Origin: Balanoglossus misakiensis | Taxonomy: Eukaryota; Animalia; Hemichordata | DNA: 64,000 nt | Assembly: GCA_040954595.2 (NCBI GenBank) | Contig: CM082596.2 | Span: 9,134,461-9,198,460 of the forward strand | Direction of reading: 5' to 3' | Shown: positions 37,270 to 53,584 of the stretch, in pieces | Layout: every line of letters starts with the position of its first letter | Position numbering within the stretch: the stretch's first letter is position 1 | Position numbers and translations under genes: made by a program | The notes under the pieces: model-generated | The model's database searches: none | What the model was told of the DNA's origin: nothing | The model's input: only the letters and a program-made list of their open reading frames with translations

Positions 37270-37885
37270 CCGACCATGGAAAACAACAAACAAGCGGAAA
37301 AGGACCAAGGGAATGAGACCACTGACCTCACCCATAAGAAAGTGCCAAGAGACCAAACCCAAAACCAGGGAATGTACTGGAGGTGAACGTTCTCCAGTAA
37401 AAGGAAAAATCTTCTGTGAAACCAAAGGAAAACAACCTTCGGACCATGGAAAACAACAAACAGACGGAAAAGGACCGAGGGAATGAGACCACTGACCTCG
37501 CCACGACGAAAGTGCCAGGAGAAGATTTGACCAAACCAAAAACCAGGGAATGTAATGGAGGTGAACATTGTCCATTTGAGAATAAAGTTGAAAAGACCGA
37601 ACCAGAATATGTGTATAAACCATTGAGAGAAACCACAAAGAAGAAAAGAAACACAATCATCCATAATGACCAAGTGCATAAAGCGAAAAGAACGTTTATT
37701 TGCCAATCAAAGACCTTGACAATCAAAGCCCATCGCCATCCATCTCAAATAAATGACCGAACCAGAATATGTGTATAAAGCCATTGAGAGAAACCACAAA
37801 GAAGAAGAGAAACACAAGCATCCATAATGGCCATGTGCGTAAAGCGAAAAGAACGTTTATTTGCCACTCAAAGACCTTGACAATA
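37270..37885. repeat. Two adjacent tandem duplications (A-A'-B-B', ~170 and ~160 bp periods)
   Basis: GACCATGGAAAACAACAAAC...GGAGGTGAAC at ~37272 and ~37442; GACCGAACCAGAATATGTGTATAAA...AAAGACCTTGACAAT at ~37595 and ~37755. Confidence 0.8.
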
Positions 37886-38501
37886 AACGAAATATAGTAT
37901 CGGATCCAGATGCATTTTCGCAGAGTGACCATGGAGAGGAATCTAGCCATCCAAAGCCGATCTGATGACAATGATGCTAGTACTGACAGCAATGTGAGTA
38001 GAGAAGTTCTTTGCCCAATGGACACCAGGATAACCAAGGCTGAAAGTTGTCAACTTTCAGAAAATAAACATACTAATGGTTAAAGGAAAACCAATGATGC
38101 CTTGGCTCCAGAAAACCAACTAGTCGCCGGACTTCGTCATCTGAGACTGTCCACGTTTCCTGACGAATTTGAAATGGGACTACAATATATGTATTCATAA
38201 CAATAAGTTTCACATCACATCAAACAAATTTTATTTGTTAAAAATTATTCCTGATATCAAAAGGAGGGTCAATATTCATTCCAGAATGACTCTAATCCCA
38301 GCAGGGTTTTTTTGTACAGGATTTCCGGAGCTTATGACAATCAAAAATATACATAAATGTCGCAAACCCCCTTGCATTCACTAGAAAGACCTCATATTTA
38401 CATTTGTTTCCTGGCAGAAAAGAGAGTAATTCAGTGATTTAATGAAATACTTATTAACAAACTTCCATACATGTATTGAAAGTTACAGAAAACAGTGTTA
38501 A

Positions 38502-38891
38502 GGATGTACGTTCATCAAAATTGAAAGTATTTTCATTTCTTTTAATTGTTGATTTTTGGATTATCCTGTGTATGTATAATGAAAATCTGTGATAGAATAT
38601 AGGGGACACAGAGCCATGAATTTAGTCAATAGAAGAAAACTGCTGACTCAGAATTTTTCACCAATGGTTTGTCTATGGGCGAAAATTTTAACGAAATTTA
38701 TCTCAAAATAGAGCGCAGTGACCACACGATTATATTTGACCAATGAATTTATACTTACTTGACTTAGCTATGTGTAAAATTTTGTGAAAATGACAATGGT
38801 AGAAGTTTGTTTTCTAGCAATTATTAATGTAATCCTATGGGAAAAAGACGGGTGAGCACAGTTTTCCGGTTTATGTTCTGCGCATATATCC
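38502..38891. mobile_element. TTAA-flanked MITE family A, copy 2
   Basis: TTAA|GGATGTACG...CGCATATATCC|TTAA. Confidence 0.75.
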
Positions 38892-39032
38892 TTAAGAAGT
38901 ATAGTATCATGAAGAATAGGACTGCATTTTCAAATTGTTTGCTGGATTCATTTTTCATCAAAAATAAAATCCCAGTACTTCGCTAAAATAAAATTCTTGT
39001 GAAATTTCTATTTTTTACACCTAAGTTGACCT

Positions 39033-43552
<4,520 letters not shown>

Positions 43553-43666
43553 CTGCAAAGATAAATACATTTCACCACAACAATCAATGTGTTAGTTACC
43601 CTGAGGGTTATAAATACTGGAAAATTCTTGTACTCAGTTCAGGGTGTGCCTTTCTGCAAATTTTAA

Positions 43667-43842
43667 GGGACTAGTCAGTTTTTTCAGCTGGGGAGGGGGT
43701 TCTATTTGTAGCTATTAAAAAGTGTGACTGAATCCCCCCCCCATCTCATTAAAGAAATGGACACCCCCTAATGACCCCCCCCCCCCCCCCGCCAAAACAG
43801 GGTGGAACCCCCAACCCCCTGTCAAAGAATCTGACCAGTCCC
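43667..43842. mobile_element. Short G/C-run MITE flanked by TAA
   Basis: TAA|GGGGACTAGTCAGTTTTTT...AAAGAATCTGACCAGTCCC|TAA. Confidence 0.55.
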
Positions 43843-45537
43843 TAAATGAAGTAGGCATAATTCATTCACTCAGATTTGAATCACTGGAAAGTCTTCAGAG
43901 AAGTCTGGCAAGTCTCCCAAAGGTTACAAATTTTGAGAACAATTGTGATTGATCGTTTTTTACTGAATCTTCATGTTACAAATTTAACCCACCCACCCCT
44001 AGTTCAACACACTACTGATTGGCCGTTACCATGTAACAAATGTTGCTAATTAATGCTAATTATTTTCACACTATTAGCAACACCCAGGTCTTTGCTCTGG
44101 CCAATCAGTAGTGTGTTGCGTAAGGTAATTGACTTGAACGACCTCGTTGCCGTGACATTGCATTTTGAGTTCTATTGACATTGACATGCAGATCTCGAAA
44201 AAATGAGATAGTTGATTCTAAGGCCAGGCCAGTGTGTAGAATTTCTATATATCTAAAACAAAGTGGTCTGGGGCCAGGCTACAATTGCTAATGTTACCTT
44301 CATAAATGTACATACCGGATCCAAACAGGACATTGGCTTGAGTTGAGAACACCTCTTTGAATTTGGAAAAACTTCCAAAATGTCTCTGGATGAGTAAAAG
44401 CAGGCTACCTTCCGGGGTCCTGGTCTCATGTTTATGATTAGGAGACATTACAGACCAATAGAAATTATGCTTGACATAGCTGTGGAGAAAAGAAGAGAAA
44501 GTTGACTGGCACATGCAAAGTCCATAAGTACAACAAAACTGATTAAATAGGCAGTGCTTGCCTGACTTTTTCTGACTTTTTCTGACCACAAAACTTTGCT
44601 TTAAATTTTGCGTAATTCGGTCAAATAAAAGAGTGCCATGAATTACGAAAGTGAAATGGCGAATGTGTCATGAACCGTGACACATATGTCATATAGTCAG
44701 AATGGATTTCATAATGTACAACAATTTCAACATAGTAAAATCAACTTGTGATTTGCTTAAACATGTACACACCTGGCCAATAAGGACAGTCTCACTGATT
44801 GGAGTCTGACAATGACACATGTACATTGTATATGCTCATAACATAGCCATGAAAATGCAGTGAACTTTTGTGGATGATATTAGACAGGTTTGGCTACATG
44901 TTTTACATGAACCTGATCATGGACCCAAAGTCACAAATGAAAGATGTTGAGTTGTTCATGAATAGGTTGGTGTTTGTAACAGTGGTCCTCCACTACAGTG
45001 GTACTTTTTATTTCATACAAAATGTTATTTTGTTGTTTAAAAATGAGGATAAATATATGCTTACAAATTATGTGAAATCATGCAGCTTCCTTCACTTAGA
45101 ACCTGTAATGCCAATCATGACAAACATTTCATGACGATGATATCATCCCATAAATTCATGTCTTGTTCAGGTAAGATGTATAGCCAAACATGACTTCTAG
45201 TATCAATTATGTAGCTAATTTTTACTTACCCACCAGCAAAGTTTCTCAGATAACTCCTGTATATTTCTGATACTGTATTCAACTTTTGCAAACAACAAAG
45301 ATTGGTTCTGAAGTCAAGGCTTCCTGCCCCTGTGACTGTGTTTGAAATGAAAATATGTCTGTTATCTTGGTGGAAAAAATTCTTACAATGCAACTTGCTA
45401 TGAAAAGCTATTGGTACACATATCAGAATAATATAGTGAGGACAGAGACCCATTGGCAACAATTAAAGAAATATACAGTCATCTATAGCCATGGTTACCA
45501 TGTAATGTGCAAATTTTGCCTTCCACCATGGTTATAA

Positions 45538-46296
45538 GGCTGCATTCACAAACACCTCTGGAGGGGGGGGGGGGGGAGAATTCAATTTTATTTACCGTTA
45601 ATTTTCACATGCCCCCCGAAATATTTTCAAAACCCCCCTTCCGAACTGCTAAAATTTTCAAATCCCCCCCTCCCCATTTTCTTTCACACAGCAAAACACA
45701 TCACCTATCTATCTTGTAAAAAAGAAAAACAGCGCTACCATGAAAAGAATTTGAAACTGATGTTTCCCCTTATCAGTGGGTATTAAAACTGAACATTGTT
45801 TATATTTTTTATAAGTATTTTGTATTCTGTGTTGGGAGACATTGTAAACCGAGAAGTGAAGGGGGTGGTCTGGGTCCCCTCCCACGTAAGAAAATTTGAT
45901 AAAATACAGAGTTCAAAACTGCATTTTAATGAACCCAAAAGCAAATTAACTCAACTACGGTATGTTGTGGAGGACAAATTTAACCTTAGGGCTCAAAGTT
46001 AGCATTGGGGGTGGGGGCGCATGTCCCCTGACCTGGCACACTTGATAAACCAGTCAATGGTTTAAAGGTGTTGATGAATGACGGGGGTGGGTGTGGGAGG
46101 GGGTGTCTCCCTCCCACATGAGAAAAATTTGTATTATGAAGGGTTCAAAACTGCATTTTTGTGGACTCAAAATAAATATTTAGTCCTCAAAGTTTTCAAG
46201 TCCCCCCTTTCAGTCCCTAAATTATTTCAAATCCCCCCTTACATACCCTCAATTTTTTCAATCCCCCCCCCTCCAGAGGTGTTTGTGAATGCAGCC
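45538..46296. mobile_element. PIF/Harbinger-like MITE
   Basis: TAA|GGCTGCATTCACAAACACCTCTGGAGGGGG...CCCCCTCCAGAGGTGTTTGTGAATGCAGCC|TAA. Confidence 0.85.
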
Positions 46297-46497
46297 TAAC
46301 CATATAATGGCTTATTCAAATAAGAGGTGATTCTAAGGCATTGACATTGCATGGCTACATGGTTCGCCTGAAATCCACAAGTGAAAATGAGAGACATCAA
46401 AACTAAAACCATGGATGATGAAGGTTCCACAGACATGACAGAACTTAAACTGAAAGTTTATCATTCCTATATATTTAGATCAAAGTTAATCGTGGTT

Positions 46498-46566
46498 TAG
46501 CTCTGCGTGGCAGGGCTGTGTTGTTACGGGCTCGCCATAACAACACAGCCCTGCCACGCAGAGCTA
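46498..46566. mobile_element. 69-bp palindromic mini-element with 9-bp TSD (Academ-like TAG..CTA ends)
   Basis: ATCGTGGTT|TAGCTCTGCGTGGCAGGGCTGTGTTGTTA..TAACAACACAGCCCTGCCACGCAGAGCTA|ATCGTGGTT. Confidence 0.8.
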
Positions 46567-47751
46567 ATCGTGGTTAGGCCAACGGGTAGGTTTATGACAC
46601 AGAAAATGAACATCGTTTTAAAAGGAATTTTGACCTGCTTTACAATCTGGTCAAAGTTGAATAACTTGGATTGGTACGATTTATTCTATAGTCTAACCTT
46701 GGTCCGCCAGTTTTGCAAAGCTGCATTCATCTTTTGCGCGTAGCCAGCATGGTGTCCCAAGTGATGGTCAATGTGCGGCTCAAGATCGGAGTAGCCATAC
46801 GGCAGTGTCGGTAGCTGGTATGTTTCTGCGTAATTTGCGATCACCTCGTATGGTAGTGGCTCATCGGCGTTGCCCTGTGAAGGAAAAACAACGAACGCAG
46901 TAACCACTGCAACGAGAACCCGGAAGACATTCATGTTGATCACTGAATGAAGATCAGGTGACTACCATGTACCACGATCAGGTGACTGCAACATGACCCT
47001 TATAAATGGGGTCAAAACCAGCCAATGAGAGATTACACAAAAGGTCGAAGTTGACCTGTCAGCGCCATAGCTACCCTCCGTTGGCGTGCCTGGCAACAGT
47101 GTGAACGCAAAGTCTGCTCCAGAATCGGTATTTACGCCGGATTACGGGAAATTATAAGCTGTACATTTCAAGTATGTATATCATGACCAGTTGTTGATAT
47201 TCATTGATGCGTTTGATCCCCAGGGTTTGACCTCGATACACCGATATTGAGTCCGTCGATCAGTGATTGTAGCCACATTGCATTAGCTTACATTATCATA
47301 ATCATGATTACTTATTGCTGCAGATTTGCAGCCCGCGACTACCCTTTACGGCCGTCAAAAACCAAAATCGTCAAGGGTAGTCGCGAGTCCATGGTGTCAA
47401 GCTTATTTTGTAGGCCTACATTCAATATAATTGATTCACGCTGTGAATTGCGAGGTAAACAAAGTCCCTGTCATGAGGCTGTACTGGCTTCAACTTTGTG
47501 CAGACATACAATTAGGCCCACAGACAGTAGATCTAATATTACACTCACCATTGAATATCCGGCTTCTCAAAACAGGTTGATTGTTATCATTTGATTACTA
47601 ATTTCAAGGGCAGCAAGGAGAAAGGAGTCGAAAAGTACACTGTCGGTCTTCCCTCCACCCTGAGACTAACGACAAGACACTGACATTGAGAGATCAACAG
47701 ACTGCATGTCCAGCATCATACACTGAATGTAACAAACACTGTAACATCAAA

Positions 47752-50700
47752 ATGGACGAAGAGTCAGAACTGTACAAAAAACTCCTACAGGGTGATATTG
47801 AACGCCTGCCATCGCAAGAGTCGAACATAGTTCGTATATTTATAAGTTCAACATTCACAGGTGAGTGCGTAGGCCAGCTAATTAAACAGTAAAAATCTGT
47901 GAAAAAAATGAAGTGTACATGTATAGAATGCACATCTGTCGCATCTAGATTACAGTAAACTTAAAATAACCTAAAGGATCATGAGCAATATGTCGGAGTA
48001 ATACGCCCAGATTTGGCTTGACATGTATTATCGTTACTGATATTTATATTCATTTTAAATCTCTGAAATTCAAAATACACACATTTCTTGAATTATAAGA
48101 ATTTAGAAATGATGAAGTGAGATCTGTACATTATCAAATTTTACCACACAAAAGTGTTAAATTTATAAGCTTGGGCAAAACATGCAAATCCAAATATGTT
48201 TTTTTATTATCAATTGCCAATTATAAATCTAGCAGCAGCATGATATCTGTACTTGACTGAGCTGTACACAATTATTATTGTTGTATCTCAATTCAGACAT
48301 GGCGGAAGAGAGAAACAAGTTGATGAGGGACGCTTTTCCCATGATACGATCATACTGCCAGAACAAAGGCTTGGAATTCGAAGTTGTCGACATGAGGTGG
48401 GGTATTCGCGACGAGGCCAGTTCGGATCACATGACGTCGGAATTGTGCATCCGGGAGATTACCAATTGCCAGCGGCTGTCTAGAGGCCCGAACTTTGTGG
48501 TACGCCTGTTTTACTGAGACCTTTCAGAGGGGCATGCACCAACACAAGGATTGGTGGTTATATTAAAATTTCAAATTTGAGACAATTTTAATTCTCTCTC
48601 TCATTCAAAAGTTTGCATGGTGACCCCAATTTTTATTCTCAATTTTCTTGAGCAAAATTTTTTTTGAGGTGCATACTAAATTTAATTTGGTGTTTTTTTC
48701 TCTGTCTGTCTGTCTCTCTGTCTGTCTCTGTCTCTCTGTCTGTCTCTCTGTCTCTCTCTCTCAGGTTTTCTTAGGTAACAAATATGGGTATCGTCCTCTG
48801 CCTCCACGTATCAAAGCAGAAGATTTTGAAAAACTGCGAGAACTGTCCAAATCGACCACATCTCCGGAAGACGTCCAACTACTGGACAGATGGTATCTAA
48901 AAGATGCTAATGCAGTACCTGAAGAATATGTTCTTCAGCCTATCACAACATACCTGCCGCATTTCAACAACGAGGATGACAATTTTGCCGACCAGCGGGC
49001 ACAAGATCGACAGAAATGGTGGGAAGTATCGCAAACACTACTGGCTTTGCTGAAGTCAGCGGCTGACTGTGCCATCAAAACTGGAGTTTATGATGAGGAA
49101 AAAGTAGAGAATCTATTCATATCAGGTACTAACAGTGAAAAGTGTGGTTAGTGTAGAGTTAGACAAACATAATGCCAACGACTTCATGAGTTAAATGTTA
49201 CACAGTTGTGGCACAATAAGACAGTCAAGCAACTTTCAAACACTCTAGAATAAAATATCACATGTGCAGAGAAAAAGATTATGTGAATTTAAAAGTGTAC
49301 ATACATGTAACCTTTATTTGATTTATCATACACCACAGTAACCGAAGAAGAAGTCAAAGAAGCAATCATCATCAATCCAGATGCAGCTGACCAATGTTTG
49401 TGTTTTGTACGAGAAATTGAAGAGGCTGAGAATATCATAGAAGACGAACAGGCCAAGCATTATGTGGACTTGAAGGACGAGAGGTGCTTTACCTTTTTTC
49501 TCTTGTGGCATTTATTATTTCACTCACATTTTGGGATTGATTAGACATTTCTTGAGTTGAACAATAAGACATAACATAAGAAGCTTGGTTATCATAACTG
49601 CTGAACGCATGATTTCTCTCTCTTGTTTGATAGTCCAGTACAGGCTTTACTCAAAGTCATCCTTGTGTAAATTTAAAATTTTTCCATCCCAATTTTGAAC
49701 ACATGAAAATCACTTTGGGATAACTCACCACATGATCAAACATTTCTGTGTCTTGTAGGATACAAGTAGTCTTACTGTGTCCTTATTTGCTTAATAGTAA
49801 AAATTTCAAATGTTGTTATTTCTAAATGAAGACTCAAGTAGACTATAAAGCACATAGGGTGACATGCATGGCTGAATGTTTTAAGTTTCAAATTTGTGAA
49901 AAATTAGACCTGGCAGAGTTGAAATATTGTGTTATTTCATTGTGTCGATGAAACTAAAAGAAAACAAGTACGCCTTTTGTCCTTTCAGAGCAATTGACCA
50001 GGAAGCGCAAGCCCTACTGATTAAACTGAAGCGGGAAAAACTGATTGCCAAAATGAACAAAGGCATGTTGAGGAAATGGTCGGTGCCCTGGACACCAAAT
50101 GGGGTCGACCCGTCCAACCCGCAACACAAAGAATACCTGGAGGCTTTATGTGATGATTTTATCAGGAGTATTAAACAGCTGATCGTTAAAGGATCATATA
50201 AAAAGAGTGGTTGGGTGCCAGATGCGGATTTGTACAAAGAAGTTGTCCACCATGCCAAGTTTTGTGAAACCAAGTGCAGGTAGGGAATGTTGTAAAAGTT
50301 TGCACTGTAAGTGGGGCCTATAGCTTACCAGCCACTATTATAATAGTTAATAGAGATTGCACAATCATGTTTTTAGTATCTAACAGTTTGCTGCATAAGA
50401 CTAAGAGTAAGACTACAGTATGGTAATTAGTGATTTCTGATGTAATCACAATTTTGATAATCAAACCTTAAAACTATCAGATTTACTTGTATTCTCTCCT
50501 CCTGCAAAGAATTTCATTCAGTACATGTCAGGGCTCGAAATTAGCGGTAGTCCCGCGTCCACAGACTACCAACTTTTCCCTGGGGCTACCAAAATCTGCG
50601 TAATGGTAGCCCCCGCGGACTACCAAAACTTTGCGTGTGCGATCGATGCGATGTTGATCGCTTTGACCTGATCAACGCTCACACGCGTACACGGCCCGAT

Positions 50701-53553
50701 CAAACCAGCACTGTACAGCAAGACTGTGACATTGTTATGCAAATTAAAATCCACAGTGCGTGCAGGAGAATGTTTGATACAAACTTTCAATAAAAGTATC
50801 AATATCTGAACTGACGTAGGCATAGGAAATTATAGCCAATGAAAAGGCATTTTCATCAAAATTTGATTACAATGTATCAATCGAAAAAATTTAAATCGCG
50901 ACCCTAGGCCCTACTAAACGGACAAATTTACTCGACGGACTTATATCTCTAAATGTAAATATGAGTATCGTAAATTATTTCCGACGAGAATTGTCCTTCA
51001 CGGCGAGGCTTTGGAGGAAAACAACCCTGGAAAGGCAATACAGCGTTGGTTTAATGCCGGTGAGTGGAGACGTCGGCCTGAAATTTTACTGTACGGACCA
51101 CGGCAGCCAGGACATGAACTAAATGAGAACTGATTGAACTTGGCAACAACGCAAATAGACTTGCCACATGTCTGTGGGTTTATTCCTGTTTTCACATAGA
51201 AAAAAGAAATCTATGTGTTCAATTTATAGTTTGAGTAAAGTGAAAGTCAAGTAATTGAATAAAACATAAAAAAAACATTCGATAATTACGATAATAAGTG
51301 CTTTTTCATTTTTATTTCTTTCACGAATAAAAGTAAAAAAAATGCAAAGAAAAAAATCTTTTCTGAAGTGTACAAGATGTCCCATGACAGCGGAGAAAAA
51401 TAGCTAAATTAATGGGAACGCGATTGTACCGTTGTCATTCTGAAATTCATGGCTAATAACTGTAGTCTATTTTTAGTCTTGTTTTGTCTCCTCCCCTGCT
51501 GATCACTGTGGTCGTTGTCATGGCGAATGTAAAAATTTGCATATAACCTCTGCGTATTAATAGGTCATCAAACTTTTGGGTGTCGCCCTTGTCTGGACAT
51601 GTACATGCTATTCTTATACAGGGTATGATCTGCATGCAGCCAGCCAGGTACTAGAAAAAAAATTCATGAGCACAAGTCAATCATGAAAAAAAAATATTTT
51701 TATTTTTTTCTTATGAGATTGATGAAAAAAATATCCTTCACAGAAAAAAAATATCACTCTTCATTGAAAAGGTGTGCGGGCTACCAGACCTTGTCACGGG
51801 GCTACCAACTTCAGAAAATGGTAGCCCAAGTGGACTACCAGTGAAAAAAGTTAATTTCGAGCCCTGCATGTGTACCTCTAAGTTTGTTTGTACAAAATGC
51901 GGTTAGGCCAAAAAAAAAAAGAGTTTTGTTTAGCGTCCTCGCGCGTCACTTTTAAACATGCGCGTCGAGGCTTTTTTTTCGTAATTTTCGAACCCGGAAA
52001 TCAAGTTTCCAGTGTTTTCTCCAGGACGCGCGATCGCGCGATTCCCCCTCTTTTACACTTGAAGCGCCCCTTGTAACAAGTTCAGGGGGCGACAATCGCC
52101 CCTTCGTGAGCAGCCCACCCGGCCAGTACATGCGCGTCCAAGCCTCCATAGCACGCACCGTCAGTCAAAACACTGGGAAAACGGCCGACATTACTGCGTG
52201 CTGGCCTATACATTTTAACTTCCCACCCCCCAAAACTATGTTGTATATGACTTTCACATTCATTTACGTGTAATTTAGCTCCAGGGCTATAGTGTGCAAT
52301 TGTTGGAACAGCCTATCTGGATGCCGTCTAAATTTAGAGCACGCACTCTGCACTCTACTCAAGTGAACTTGTTGTTATGGCGACTTTTGAAATTGGGTTG
52401 GCAGAACGTAACAATTTTATGCAAATTAAAGAAACTGCGTTCCTGCCATGGCGATTATCAAGAATGTATCAGTTTTCCATGACCTTGTTTTCTTACTTAG
52501 GAAGGAAAGTCATTCAATAAGTACACAGACTGTTTATTTGAGTAGTGTGCCTAGCCACAGATGGGGAAGTGTAGGCAGAAACTAATATTTTGGCAGCTAT
52601 AAAACTGAAACTTTTAAAATCAAACAAGAAGTTTTTTTCTCAGGTATAGTATTAAAGAAAGACACTATTGTTTTTGCAGTTGCATTTATTTTATTCATTT
52701 CACTCTACTTGCCAGGGGAGCAGTTAATCAGTCACTCTCCTACCACTTGTGTAATTAATTTCAGGAGAGTTATTTTTCAGCTCTCCAGCATTTTTTAAAT
52801 TACATGCCCTGAAAGTTATGCAAGCTGGTGTCTTCCTCTGCAAAATCTACTAATTTAAAGTAGAAAAAACTGTAACTGTTAATATGTTGTCAAGTTCACA
52901 TGTAAAATGTTATGAGGTTATTACGAAAATACCGCAAAGTATGCACGAGGACATTAGCGCCAAGTATCGCCCGACGCGTAGCGGAGGGCGCTGCGCTGCG
53001 CTAATGTCCGAGTGCATACTTTGCGGTATTTTCGTAATAACCTTATTATTATACATCTTACATCTCCGTTAGTTCTTGTGCTGCATGTTACTTGGCTTTC
53101 AAAACGCCCAAAATGCCGATACAATCGATCGAAAACCGCTCAGTTGACTCAGTGAGCAGCCATCTTTCTTTTTTGTTTACGTGTGCGCACGTGCGTTGGA
53201 ATGCGGGCGCCTTGAAACCGTTCGCATAACAGCGCATACCTGTACACGGTGAGTTTAGGGCGCCTTGAAACTAAGGCTTATTTAACGCGCGTTCCCTACG
53301 TACCGTTCCGTACGGCTTTTTATTGCACGCCAAAATCTATTGTTCTCGGCACTAGATGTATAATAATGTAATTTACTTATGCTGTTTTTAATATGGAATG
53401 AAGGCAGTTTAGTAAGTTAACGTTCAAAATTGTCATTCCTTGATGTTTACCTAATTAACATAAATTATGCAAATCATGATTCCCCCCTACTTTGACCAAA
53501 TCCCCCCTTAATTTTGGACTATCAAAGAAATATTTGCTGTTCTTGTTTCGCAG

Positions 53554-53584
<31 letters not shown>

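Larger units (their letters stand above)
44316..46934 (-). pseudogene. Fe/Mn superoxide dismutase-like gene with signal peptide; 5' three exons only, damaged
   Basis: Exon 46934-46698: [53 protein letters not shown]. Exon 45329-45230: ..YLRNFAGG, whose length is 3n+1 where 3n+2 is needed (frameshift). Exon 44479-44316: YVKHNFYWSVMSP..FGSFSKFKEVF..LFGSG. No DVWEHAYY exon was found. Confidence 0.8.

Noticed and set aside
44645-44657. IRF-like GAAAGTGAAA in a SOD intron
   Set aside because: It is isolated and not near an evident TSS, and it shows the background rate of this motif.
44316-46934. Bacterial contamination or recent HGT of sodA/sodB
   Set aside because: The gene has spliceosomal introns containing host MITEs.
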